A DNA stretch of 64,000 bases, taken from Mustelus asterias. Its lineage: Eukaryota. The notes beneath the pieces were generated by a model that did no database searches, had not been told where the DNA came from, and was given only the letters and a program-made list of their open reading frames with translations. The stretch spans positions 1,550,001-1,614,000 of the forward strand of contig NW_027590120.1 of assembly GCF_964213995.1 (NCBI RefSeq), in the 5' to 3' direction. Of this stretch, positions 48,331 through 61,229 are shown one piece after another; positions within the stretch are counted from its first letter, which is position 1, and each line of letters opens with the position of its first letter. Position numbers and translations under genes: made by a program.

Positions 48331-49168
48331 AAAATATCCAGCCTCCATAGTGAGAGGAAGTGAGCGCAAAGTACAGCAATGAGTCAGAAATGGAGGCGAG
48401 CACTTGTGGATTTAGATTGTTTGATTTTGACCTCTATTCAGAAACTTCATAAATACACTTGTGACATTGCAAATGACTCTTTGTCCTTTGATGTCCTTAC
48501 TTCGAATGCCTGCCATGTAATGCAATGTAATCTCATCTCCCCACACCGTTTTGTTTAGTCTGTCACTGCGGACAGTTGACAGTGTATATTTGATCAGAGA
48601 TTGTTCTTGTATCAGGCACTGTGCATACAGAATCAACATATCTCACAAGTTAGAGATTGTGGTCATCAAAACGGAATCTAGAATGGATTACCCTCAAAGT
48701 CCAATGTTTTTCAGGATGTCTACCAAATACTGGAATATTTTAAATTTACAATCGTTTTGTTTTATTCGTGGTAATAAAGAGGTCAGACTTTCATTCCCAC
48801 ACTTTAGCCGAACATCATCACTGCCGCTCCCCTGTAATTATATTGTAACTCAATTTGCAATGTTTAAATTAATGAAATCCGTCGGTTACCAACAGTTCTC
48901 ACACAACAGCAGATCATTGAGTTTGGCGATGAGAGCGGCCCTCTTCAAACACGGTACTGTGTTGCGTCTCGGCCTGATTGGAATCGATAGTTTTGCTTTC
49001 TCTCTCACTCCTGGAAACTGTTGACTGGCAGTTTGATCCGAGGTTAATTTGGTTTCCTGTAGTCGTTTGTTTGAGGGGCTGACATCACAAAGCACATTGT
49101 GACTGAATCTAACAGAGATTCCCCACATCCTCCAGCGGACCAGAGCTACCAACTGCAGCAGTTGTCGA

Positions 49169-49207
49169 AGTTTTTGTACAGGGTTGAGCCTGCTTTCTAT
49201 CACTGTG
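49169..49207 (-). other. Near-consensus 23-spacer RSS
   Basis: CACAGTG, 23 bp, ACAAAAACT on the - strand. Confidence 0.95.
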
Positions 49208-49670
49208 AGTCCCAGAAAGCGCAATAATACACGGCAGCGTCTGTCAACTGAAGACCCGAGATGATTAAATTGATGGATTTCTTCGAGGTCTGGAGATCTG
49301 CAGAGAAACGATTTTCTGCAAAATCTGCTTTAAATTCATCGCCATCGCTGTCCTTCCTCAGTGTATACGATAGCTGTGTATCTGAGTTTTGCCTATACCA
49401 GAATAATCTATAACTGTTCCTCGTAGTTTCATAGCTACAGGGTAATGACACCGCTTCTCCTTCTGTCTTTGTAACCGAGGAGAATATCTGATTGACAGAA
49501 TTGGCATGACATAGATCTGGAAAGAAAACATATTCAAACAGGAAAATATATGAACTGTGGTTATTTGATATTTAATTTACCCATGTTTGGGAAATGATAA
49601 AGATATGAAATGCATTACACTCAAAATTACCTGCGAGAAATGCACCCCACAAAACCCAGATGCAGATCAT
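49208..49670 (-). CDS. Intact TCR V alpha/delta gene segment (leader 49631-49670, V exon 49208-49516)
   Basis: MICIWVLWGAFLA|DLCHANSVNQIFSSVTKTEGEAVSLPCSYETTRNSYRLFWYRQNSDTQLSYTLRKDSDGDEFKADFAENRFSADLQTSKKSINLIISGLQLTDAAVYYCAFWD. GT-AG phase-1 intron, conserved Cys/Trp/YYC, no stops. Confidence 0.92.
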
Positions 49671-50499
49671 TGTCGCTGTCTGCTCTGTAAAATGAGAGTG
49701 GGGTATGCTTAAACTCCGGTTCCAAACCCCACCCTCAACAATCTACTGTCGTGTCTCAGGGTGCTCTTACCTCACTTCCTCTATCTCCATGGTGCAGTGC
49801 GACCGGTATGTGGTAGATTTCTCTCAGTGAATGGAAACATACCGAGCTCTGTCACAGTTACTATTTTCAAAGTAAAGATAGGACCGGATTGATCAATTAG
49901 TGCTGTGGATTAAACATTTCCTTGCTGTTTGGGACTCGGAAGGGCAGACATGTAATATTTTTTCCGCCCTCCATTTTTTTCTCCAGAAATGAATTAGTTT
50001 ATTATCTGGGCATTAATTTTATTTAATAACGCAAGCTGTTTCATAGCAGGTGGAAAGGTCGGACATTGTTGACCATTCGTAACTATTATTGAAATGGTGG
50101 CGTAATTATAATTGAAATGGTGACAGTTCACCTTCATGAACTATCACATTCCATGTGAGTTGCAGCTGTAGATCTTTTGGGAAAAATATCCAGGAATTCC
50201 GCTAAATATGTCGGCGACATATTTCCAAGTCAGGATGCGGTGTGACTTGCAGGGGAACTTGCAGCTGATACTTTTCTCATGCATCTGCTGCTCTTGTCCT
50301 TTTCGGAAGTGAGGTTTGTGGCTTTGGAAGGTGCTGCCGACGGAGCCACGGCGATTTGCTGCAATATATCCAATAGATAGTGTATCAAGTGTGTATCCAA
50401 CACACACTGCTGCCACTTTGTATCGCTTGTGGAGGGAATGAATGTTTAAGGTTGTGGGTTCTTTTCCATGGAAATGGCAGCTTGCCCTGGATGGTCCAA

Positions 50500-51150
50500 A
50501 CACATAGAGAGGTTGGTAGATAAGGTGTATGGCGTGCTTGCCTTTATTGGTCGGGACATTGTGTACAAGACTCAGGACGAAATGTTGCAGCTTGATTACA
50601 TTTTTGTTAGGCGACACTTAGAATATTCCATTCCATTCTGGTCGCCACATTACAGAAAGTATGTCGAGGCTTTGGAGAGTGTGCTGCCTGGAATAGAGCA
50701 TACAGCTATCAGGAAAGGCTGGACAGACTGGGGTTCTTTTCTTTGGAGCGGTGGAGGCTGTGAGGAGACCTGATATAAGTCTCGATAATTATGGGAGGCA
50801 TAGATAGGGTTGAGCGTCAGAATGTTGAAATGTTTAACACTAGGGGGCACACTCATAAGGTGAAAGGGGAAGAATTCAAAGCAGGTGTGAGGGGCATTTT
50901 TTAAAAACATAGATTGGTAGGAATCTGGAACGCGCTGCCAAGCGTGGTGGTGGTGGAGGCAGATACGATAGGGATGTTTAAGGCTCTTTTAGATAAGCAC
51001 GTGAATATGCAAGAAATAGAGGGATATGGGTCAAGGGCAGGCAGAAAAGATTAGTTTAATTTGGCATCATGTTTGGCACAACATCGTGGGCCGAAGGGCC
51101 TGTTCTGTGCTGTACTGTTCTCTGTTCTCTTTTCTATGTTCTATGTTCTA
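50500..51150 (+). mobile_element. Degenerate CR1 3' end
   Basis: KVYGVLAFIGR, HLEYSIPFWSPHYRK, and gttctatgttcta tail. Confidence 0.85.
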
Positions 51151-52187
51151 AATCTCTTTAGTGTTGTTGGAATTGCACTGAACCGGACAAGTTGAAAATA
51201 TTAAATCGCAAACCTGGTTTGTAACTCTTAGATAGTGGAGAGACTTTGGGGAGTCAGAAGGTGAGATAGTCACCGCAAGATTCTTCGTATTTTATTTGCT
51301 GTTGTAACAAATTATTTCGTTGTGAGGTCCAGTACTTTCTCTTCATTGCTAACCCAGACGCTTTATGGCGGGTGACTCGTTGTCAATGGGAGATTGTCAT
51401 ATTCGCTTTTGTTGGAAATTGTCATTTAATGGGGCGTTTGTACACGAACGTTGCCCAAACCTAAATGTCTTCAAAGACTAATTCTAACTGAGCTTGGAAA
51501 GCTTCAATATCTGTACAGTCTGAGGTGAGATTTACGGCAGTAAAGGGTACAATTAATTTCCAACAGATGGTTACAGATGAAGGCGAACTGAGTTTGTGAT
51601 GTAAAAAAAAATCAAGTAAAGGTGTTTATTATAATGTGACATAAAGCAAAAAGTTTGATAATTCACCAATTAGCTTTGCCACCGATGCGGTACCGTGCAG
51701 TCTGATAGGTGGATCGAGACAGTTCTGTGGAGGCACATGGACAATGGGAAGGTTGATTGAACAGAGATTAAACAATGTCGGGATTTTCACAGGGGACGTG
51801 AGAAGAGAGATAAACATTGACTGAAGGCGTGTGACACAGATACAGAAATCAGATTGTAGGGCGGCACAAATTAAATTGCAAAGTGTGAACTGAATGGGAG
51901 AGATGAAGCAAACAAAATGAATCATTTGGGTAAAATCAAGTGGAACAGCAGCTTAAAAGCAAACGGTAACAGACCATGGTTAAAAATAAATGGATTTGTT
52001 CTATTAAAAAAAATGTAAAATATTGAAAATACCGGAAATCTGAACAAAATCCATGTGCAGTCAAGTGCGGGTTCGTCCTTGGAGTAGTTCAGGGACTCTG
52101 TCTTCAATCATCACCATACAGCAGCTCTTAGAATCAGATTTCGGTGGTAAGGATGGCTCACACAGGACCGGCAAGCCACAAAGGGGC

Positions 52188-53410
52188 ATAGAGCCATAGT
52201 CATAGAAGATTACAGCATGGAAACAGGCCCTTCGGCCCGACTTGTCCATGCCGCTCATTTATTTTAAGCCCCTACGCTCATCCCAATGCTCGCTTTTGGC
52301 CCATATCCCTCTGAACCCAATTTACCCATGTAACTATCTAAATGTTTTTTCAAAAACAAAATTGTACCCGCCTCTACTACTACCTCTGGCAGCTTGTTCC
52401 AGACACTCACCACCTTCTATGTTAAGAAATTGCCCCTCTGGACACGTTTGTATATCTCCCCTCTCACTTTGAAACTATGCCCACTAGTTTCAGGCTCCCC
52501 TACCTTTGGGAAAAGATATTGACTGTCTAGCTAATCTGTGCCTCTCATTATTTTGTAGATCTCTGTAAGATCACCCCTCAGCCTTCTATGCTCCAGGAAA
52601 AAAAATCCCAGTCTATCCAGCCTCTCCTTATAACTCAAACCGTCAGTCCCGGAAGCATCCTAGTAAATGTTTTCGGCACTCTTTCAAGTTTAATGATATC
52701 CTTTCTATAATAGGGTGAAAAGAACTGCACACAGTATTCCATTGCGACCGTTCCAATGTCTTGTACAACTTCAACAAGACATTCCAACTCCTGTATTCAA
52801 TGTTCTGACAGATGAAACCAAGCATGACGAATGCCTTCTTCACCACTCTGTCCACCTGTGACTCCACTTTCAAGGAGCTGTGAACCTGTACCCCTAGATC
52901 TTTTTGTTCTGTAACTCTGCCCAACGCCCTACCATTAACTTAGTAAGTCCTGCTCTGATTCAGTCGACCAAAATGCATCGCCTCGCATTTGTCGAAATTA
53001 AACTCCATCTGCCATTCGTCGGCCGACTGGCCCAATTGATCAAGATCCCGTTGCAATTGGAGATACCGTTCTTCACCGTCCACTATGCCACCAATCGTGG
53101 TGTCACCTGCAAACTTACAAACCATGTTTCCGATATTCTCATCCAAATCTTTAATATAAATGACAAATAACAGTAGGTCCAGCACTGATCCCTGAGGCAC
53201 ACCGGTGGTCACAGGCCTCCAGTTTGAAAAACGACCCTCCACAACCACCCTCTGACTTCTGTCAATTTTGTATCCATTTACATACCTCACCCTGGATCCC
53301 GTGAGATTTAACCTCATGCAACAACCTATCATCCGGTACCTTGTCAAAGGCCTTGCTAAAGTCCATGCAGACAACATCAACTGCACTGTAGATAACATCA
53401 ACTGCACTGC
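52188..53410 (-). mobile_element. 5'-truncated CR1 LINE
   Basis: ORFs 52940..53452 and 52643..52924 ([20 protein letters not shown]). Confidence 0.88.
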
Positions 53411-53439
53411 CAAGTCAGGAGAATTCAGAGCAAGTAGTA

Positions 53440-53780
53440 ATCGTCCGGCCATTCATTGTCTCTGAATTTCACAGGTGTTTCATTAACGCGGTGTGGCATT
53501 AATGCCATTCAGCTGCTCTGTGTGGGAAATGATTCACTCACTCTTCTCGTCTGCGGGGACACCAGCGAGTTCACACTCACAAGGGACCTTACATCTGCTC
53601 CAAAGGTGGAAGGGATCGAGTCAAGCACCCATCCTGCTGAGACACCAGCGAATTCACACAACTGACAGACCATTTAAATGCCCAGACTGCGGGAAACGCG
53701 ATCAAAGCTCCTGCAATCTGTTGTCACATCAACATATGTGCACTGATGGGAAACCGTTCAGGTTCTCTCACTGTGGAATG
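53440..53780 (+). pseudogene. C2H2 zinc-finger relic
   Basis: LLRHQRIHTTDRPFKCPDCGK...LLSHQHMCTDGKPFRFSHCG and cacaccagcgagttcacact-like linkers; frameshifted. Confidence 0.75.
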
Positions 53781-54500
53781 GTGAACTATGATGAGGAAAA
53801 TTACCGTTCTCCTGCCCGAGTGCAATGTGATCCAGTGATCTCCATTCAACAGTAAACATGCCAAGCGTGAGTTGTTCCCTCGCTTGCGATGCATGGCAAA
53901 TGGTCTTCTGCCTGAGAATCCACAGAATTCTCAAATGGCTAACGGATGCTGATGAAATGTTCTTACTTTTTCTGGTTATTTTTATTATTGCAACTGACGA
54001 AATCCACAGTTTGCGGGCCACCGGGAAATTGAGTCCAAATTCTCATCTACACAGATGGCCTTCAGTATGTTTGGTTGAGTGCGATGATTGGTTTTAAATC
54101 TGTTTTATTAGCGACAGTGCCAATTTAAAAGAGGATGCTTACATTCCCCCTCCCGCTCTCCAACAGTGGGTGTATTTCCATGGTCAGGACATTGCCCTCT
54201 AACACAGCCTATTTCCATTCACTGATATCCAGCTCATGATTGATCAGTCTGACAAGACAGGAAATTATTGAAGGTAGGGGTGAGGGGTGTCATTGTGGCA
54301 CTGCGCGGTGTCTTTGTTCCATTGGCTTCTGCAGTTTGATTACTTAGCCCCTGCTGCTTACCGTTAGATTACAGTTTGATCCCAGGTTAATTTAGGTTCA
54401 TTTCGTTGAGTATTCTGGTACATGGAATCGCCGCTGAACACTGTGGTTGCAACCATCTCCGATTCTATATCACCTGCAGTACATAGCGACTCCCGCCGAC

Positions 54501-54846
54501 ATTTCTTGTACGGTGATCAGAATGAATGCTTAAACTGTGAGACTGATAGCACAGTAATGCAAGGCAGAGTCAGTCACCTCCAGCCCAGAGCTTGTTAATC
54601 TGGTAAATTTATTCTCAGTCTGGAGCTCAGCAGAGAAACGGATTTTGGCAAAATATGCTTTGACCGCAGAATCCCAGGAGTTTTTCAAGAACACAAACTC
54701 GGGCTGTGTATCTGGGTATTGTCGGTACCAGCATGATATATAGTTCTTCACTGTAGTATTATACGTACTGGTCAATATCACTGCATCTCATTCTTTCTTT
54801 ATATCTAATGAGGGCGGCTGGGTGACAGAATCTCCTTCACAAGGAC
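54501..54846 (-). pseudogene. TCR V alpha/delta pseudogene with 23-RSS; leader not found
   Basis: PCEGDSVTQPPSLDIKKE*DAVILTSTY...CWYRQYPDTQPEFVF...RFSAELQT...LEVTDSALHYCAISL. Stop in FR1, first Cys to Ser, acceptor cag changed to cat. RSS CACAGTT-23-ACAAGAAAT at 54501-54539. Confidence 0.87.
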
Positions 54847-54864
54847 ATGAAAAGATCATCACGT

Positions 54865-55200
54865 CCAGGTAAGGGCAGCAGAGCGACGGAACTGATTGGT
54901 TGTTGCAGGTAAGATTTGCATCAGCGCTGTCATTGCGACCAGAAGGTGGACGTCCGGAAGGCACCCTCCATCTTTGTGTGAAGCAAGTTTCCAGGTGAGG
55001 GCAGCAGAGCGGCGGAGCTGATTGGCTGTTGCAGGTGAGATTTGCATCGACGCAGTCACTGCGACCAGAAGGTGGACGTCCGGAAGGGACCCTCCATCTT
55101 CGTGTGAAGATAAGTGTCCAGGTGAGGGCAGCAGAGTGGCGGAGCTGATTGGCTGTTGCAGGTAAGATTTGTATTGTCGCAGTTACTGCAACCAGAAGGT
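54865..55200 (+). repeat. ~126-bp tandem monomers (about 2.6 copies) at the LINE 5' end
   Basis: ccaggtragggcagcagag...ctgattgg...gaccagaaggt units start at 54865, 54991 and 55118. Confidence 0.85.
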
Positions 55201-55416
55201 TGTCTGTGGAGGAGCTGTTGTAAAGGGACAGCTAAATGCCAAACGCTACTTCAGTGTTTCCGTGCCTACCTTTTCCTCGAACCACCAAAAAAGACTTTGG
55301 GAGGGCTACAAGCAAGGGAAAGGTGGGTTGAGATTATTTTATCCTTTCACCTGTTTAAAGGCAGTATGACAGTTGGGGCAGTGGTATGCTCCTCCTGCCA
55401 GATGTGGGAAATTAGG

Positions 55417-55824
55417 TGGTGAATGTAGGCCAATCCATCAGGCAAACCAGTCTCCCATCCAATAACTTTCTTTACATTTGCCGATGCCTCGGCAACGCAG
55501 CCAGCATAATTAAGGAGACCATGCACCTCGGACATTCTCTCTTCCACCTTCTTTCTTTGGGAGCAAGATACAAAAGTCTGAGGTCACGTACCAACAGACT
55601 CAAGAACAGATTCTTCCCTGCTGCTGTCACACTTTTGAAAGGACTTACCTTGCATTGAGTTGATCTTTCTCTGCACCCCAGCAATGACTGTGACACTACA
55701 TTCTGCACTCTCTCGTTTCCTTCTCTATGAATGGTATGTTTTGTCTGTATAGCGCACGAGAAACAATACTTTTCTCTATATGTTAATACATCTGACAATA
55801 ATAAATCAAATAAAATCAAATCAA
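55417..55824 (+). mobile_element. Rex1/Babar-type 3' fragment inserted in CR1 ORF1
   Basis: HSLFHLLSLGARYKSLRSRTNRLKNRFFPAAV and (aaatc)n tail. 8-bp TSD aaattagg at 55409-55416 and 55825-55832. Confidence 0.8.
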
Positions 55825-58800
55825 AAATTAGGGAGCAATCTACTCTCCCTGATAACTATATGTGCAGGAAGAATGTCTAGTTGCAGATCCTCAAAGATCA
55901 CATTGTTCGGTTGGAGCAGCAGGTGGATGCACTGCGAAGCATACGGGGGGCAGAGAGTGTGATGGGCACAGGTTACAAGAAGGTTTTCACATCACAGCTT
56001 CAGTCATGCAGATGGGTGACCGCCAGGAGAGGCAGACAGGTGGTGCAGGAGTCTCCAGTGGCTATTCCCCTTTCAAACAGGTATATCGTTTTGAAGGGGG
56101 TAGCCTTTAAGGGGAAGATACCAGCAGCAGCCTGCCCTGATGCACCAAACCTGGTTTTTCTGTAGCGCAGGGTCGGGCAAAGAGCAAGCGACCTGCAGTA
56201 ATAGGGGACTTGCTAGGTGGAGGCACAGACAGGCGTTTCTGTGGCCGCGATCGAGACTTCAGGATGGTGTGTTGCCTCCCGGGTGCCAGGGTCAAGGATG
56301 TCTCTGAGCAGTTGCAAGACATTCTTAAGGAGAAGGGTGACCAGCCAAAGGTCGTTGTACATATTGGTATCCACGACATAGATAGGAAAAGGGATGAGGT
56401 CCTGAAGTGTGAATATAGAGAGTTAGGCAGAAGGCTAAAGTGCAGGACCTCGAAGTTTGTAATTTCTGGACTACTATTGGTGCCACATGTTGGTGAGAAT
56501 AGGAAGATTAGGCAGCCGAATGCGTGGCTTAAGAGCTGGTGCAGGGGCAGGGATCTCTTCTGGGGAAAGGGTGACCTGTTCAAGAGGGATGGGTTACACC
56601 TAAACTGGAAGGGGACTAATACCCTAGTGGGGGGAGATTTGCATGAGCCGCTCGGGAGGGTTTAAACTCGCGCCAGAGCGGTGGGACCCAAAGCAGTAGG
56701 GAGACAGAAGAGAACGTTGAGGACAGAACAGCTGTTAAAGAGAGCACATTAAGTTGGAAAGGCATTGTCAGTCATCCTAGCACCAGACACATCAGGCAAA
56801 AGCAGAGCAGAGAGCGAGGGAAGTCCAGATTAAACTGCATTTATTTCAATGCAAGAGTTCTGACGGGCAAGGCAGAAGAACTGAAGGCACGGATGGGTCC
56901 GGGGACTGGGATATTATAGCAATTACTGAAACATGGCTAAGGGAGGGACAGGACTGGCAGCTCAATATTCAAGGGTACAGATGCTAGAGGAAAGATAGAA
57001 CAGGAGGTGAGAGAGGAGGGGGTGTGGCACTTTTGATTAGGGAGAACATCACAGCAGTACTGAGAGGGGATATATCCGAGGGTTCGGCCACTGAGTGTAT
57101 ATGGGTAGAATTGTCATAGGGTTATACTTTAGGCCCCCAAATAGACAGCGCAAAATTGAGGAGCATATACGTAAGGAGATTACAGATAGCTCCAAGAAAA
57201 ATAGGACGGCAATATTAATGGATTTTATCTTTCTCAACGTTGACCGGGACAGCCTTAGCATTAGCGGGTTGAATGGAGAGAAATTTGTTGAGTGTAGTCA
57301 CGAGGAATTTCTCATTCAGTATGTGGATGACCCGACTAGAGAGGGGGCAAAACTTGATGCCCTCTTGGAAAATAAAGAAGGGCAGGTGACAGAAGTGTTA
57401 GTGAGGGATCATTTGGGGACCAGTGATCATCATTCTATTAGTTTTAAGATGGCGATGGAGAATGATAGGTCTGGCCCAAAAGTTACAATTCTAAATTGCG
57501 GTAAGGCCAATTTTGATGGTAACAGGCAGCTACATTCAAACGTTAAGTGGGGGAATATGTGGGAAAGCAAAGAGACAGCTGGTAAGTGGGAGGCTTTCAA
57601 AAGTGTGTTAACCTGGGTTCAGACTAAGCACATTCCTCTGAAGAGTGACGGGCAAGACTGGTAGAAGTAGGGAACCGTGGATGACTCGGGATATTGAGGG
57701 CCTGGTCAAGAAGAAGAAAGAGGCACATGACATGCATAGGCAGCTGGGATCAAGTGAATCTCTTGAATAGTCTATTGGATGTAGGAGTAGAGTTAAGAGA
57801 GAAATCAGGAGGGCAAAAAGGGGACAAGGGATTGATTTGGCAGACAAGGCAAAGGACAATCCAAAGAACTTCTGCAAACTCATAAAGGCCACAAGAGTAA
57901 CTAGTGAGAGAGTACGGCCTCTTAAAGATCAACAAGGTCATCTATGTGCGGATTCACAAGAGATGGTTGAGATCCTAAATGAATATTTCTCATCAGTATT
58001 TACTGTTGAGAAAAGCATGGATGTTAGAGGACTAGAGGACATAAATGGTGATGACTTGAGGCGCGCACATATTACAGAGAAGGAGGTGCTGGAAGTCATA
58101 AAGTCCATCAAGGTAGGTAAATCCCCGGGACCTAATGAAGTGTATCCCAGGACATTGTGGAAGGCAGGGGAGGAAATTGCAGGTCCCCTAGCAGAGATAT
58201 TTGAATCATCGATAGTCACAGGTGAGGTGCCTGAAGATTGGAGGGTAGCAAATGTTGTACCTTGGTTCAAAATGGGCTGCAGGGAACAGCCTGGGAACTA
58301 CTGGCCGTTGAGCCTCACACCTGTGGTGGATGAGTTGTTGGAAGTTATTTTGAGAGACAGGATCTACAGGCATTTAGAGACGCAACAACTGATTCGGGAC
58401 AGTCAGCATGGCTTTGTGAGTGGAAAGTCATGTCTCACAAATTTGATTGTGTTTTTAGAAATGGTAACCAAGAAGGTAGATGAGGACCGTGCAGCTGGTG
58501 TTGTCTACATGGACTTTAGCAAGGCCTTTGGCAAGGTACCGCATGGTAGATTGTTGCATAAGGTTAAAATTTCACGGTATCCAGGGTGGGGTACCTGAAT
58601 GGATACAAAATTGGCTTGATGACAGAAGCCAGACGGTGGTTGTAGAGGGTTGTTTTTCAAACTGGAGGCCTGTGACCTGAGGTGTGGCTCAGGGATCGGT
58701 GCTGTGTCCTCTGATATTGATATTAATGATTTGAATGAAAATATAGGAGGCAAGGTTAGTAAGTTTCCAGATGTCACCAAGGTCGGTGGCATATTGGACA

Positions 58801-59460
58801 GTGGGGAAGGTTATCTCGGATTGCAAGGGGATCTTGATCAATTGGGCCAGTGGGCTGACGAATGGCAGATGGAGTTTAATTTGGATAAATGCCAGGCGAT
58901 GCATTTTTGCAGATTGAACAAGGGCAGGACTTACTCAGTTAATCGTAGGGCGTTGGAGGGAGTTACAGAACAAAGAGAACGAGGAGTACAGGTTCATAGC
59001 TGCTTGAAAGTGCAGTCACATGTGGACAGAGTGATGAGGAAGGCATTCGGCATACTTGGTTTCATTGGTCAGAACATTGAATACAGGAGTTGTGACGTCT
59101 TGTTGAAGTTGTACAAGACATTGGTCAGGCCACACTTGGAATACTGTACAAGTTCTGGTCACCCTATTATAGAAAGGATATTATTAAAATAGAAAGAGTG
59201 CTGAAGAGATTAACTAGGATGTTACCAGGACTTGATGGTTTGAGTTATATGGAGAGACTGGATAGACTGGGACCTTTTTCTCTGGACCTTAGAAAAGTGA
59301 TGCGTGATCTTATGGAGGTCTATAAAGTAATGAGGGACATTGATCAGCTTGATAGTCAATATCATTTCCCAAATATGGGGGAGTCTAAAACTAGAGGGCA
59401 TAGGTTTAAGGTGAAAGGAGAGACATGCAAAAGGGTCCAGAGGGGCAATTGTTTCACACA

Positions 59461-61228
59461 GAACATAGAACATCGAACATAGAACTTTACAGCGCAGTAC
59501 AGGCCGTTCGGCCCTCGATGTTGCACCGACTAGTGAAACCTATCTAAAGCCCATCTAACCTACAATATTCCAATATCATCCATATGTTTATCCAATAACC
59601 ATTTGAATGCTCTTAATGTTAACGAGTCCACTACTGCTGCAGGCAGGGCATTCCACGCCCTTACTACTCTCTGAGTAAAGAACCTACCTCGAACATCTGT
59701 CCTATATCTCTCACCCCTCAATTTAAAGCTATGTCCCCTCGTGTTAGCCATCACCATCCAAGGAAAAAGGCTCTCACTATCCACCCTATCTAATCCTCTG
59801 ATCATCATGTAAGCCTCTATTAAGTCACCTGTTAACCTCCTTCTCTCTAACGAAAACAACCTCAAGCCCCTCAGCCTTTCCTCATACGATTTTCCCACCA
59901 TACCAGGCAACATCCTGGTAAATCTCCTCTGCACCCTTTCCAACACTTCCACATCCTTCCTATAATGCGGCGACCAGAACTGTACGCAATACTCCAAGTG
60001 CGGCCGCACCAGAGTTTTGTACAGTTGCAACATGACCTCCTGCCTGCGAAACTCAATCCCTCTCCCAATAAAAGCTAACACACCAAACGCCTTCTTAACA
60101 ACCCTATCAACCTGGGTGCCAACTTTCAGGGATCTATGCACATGGACACCCAGATCCCTCTGTTCATCCTTACTACCAAGTATCTTACCATTAGCCCAGT
60201 ACTCTGTATTCTTGTTACTCCTTCCAAACTGAATCACTTCGCAGGTTTCCGCATTAAACTCCATTTGCCACCTCTCAGCCCAGCTCTGCAGCTTATCTAT
60301 GTCCCTCTGTAACCTGCCACTTCCCTCCGCACTGTCTACAACTCCACTTAGTGTCATCCGCAAATTTACTAACTCGTCCTTCTATGCCCTCATCCAGGTC
60401 ATTAATAATAATGACAACAGCAGTGGCCCTAAAACAGATCCTTGCCGTACACCACTCGTAACGTAACTCCAGGATGAATATTTCCCATCAACCACCACCC
60501 TCTGTTTTCTTACAGCTAGCCAATTCCTGATCTAAACCACTAAATCACCCTCAATCCCATGTGTCCGTATTTTCTGCAACAGCTTACCATGGGGAATCTT
60601 ATCAAACTCTTTGCTGAAATCCATATACACCACATCAACCGCTTTCCCCTCATCCACCTCTTTGGTCACCTTCTCAAAGAACTCAATAAGGTTTGTGAGG
60701 CACGACTTACCCTTCACAAAACCGTGCTGACTATCCCTAATCAAATTATTCCTTTCCAGGTGATTATGAATCCTATCTCTTATAATCGTTTCCAATACTT
60801 TGCCCACAACAGAAGTAAGGCTCACCGGTCTATAATTACCAGGGTTGTCTCTACTCCCCTTCTTGAACAAGGGGACAACATTTGCTATCCTCCAGTCTTC
60901 TGGCACTGTTCCAGTAGACAATGACGACCCAAAGATCAAAGCCAAAGGCTCTGCAATCTCCTCTCTAGCCTCCCAGAGAATCCTAGGATAAATCCCATCC
61001 GGCCCAGGGGACTTATCTATTTTTACCCTTTCCAGAATTGCTAACACCTCCTCCCTATGAACCTCAATCCCATCCAGTCCAACAGCCTGCATCTCAGTAC
61101 TCCCCTCGACACTGTCCCTCTCCAGTGTGAATACCGACGAAAAATATTCATTTGGTGTCTCTTCTATCTCTTCAGACTCCACGCACAACTTCCCACTCCT
61201 GTCCTTGACTGGCCCTAAGCTTACTCTA
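59461..61228 (-). mobile_element. Younger CR1 LINE (5'-truncated) abutting the + strand CR1
   Basis: ORFs 60532..61248 and 59560..60363; (atagaac)n tail at 59461-59485. Confidence 0.92.
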
Positions 61229-61229
61229 A

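Larger units (their letters stand above)
54860..59460 (+). mobile_element. Near full-length degenerate CR1 LINE (5' repeats, ORF1 from 55366, ORF2 ~56830-59460)
   Basis: ORF1 MTVGAVVCSSCQMWE...IPLSNRY...GTDRRFCG...VCCLPGARVKDV. ORF2 fragments 57095..57664, 57837..58598, 58650..59192, 59198..59482. Confidence 0.9.
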
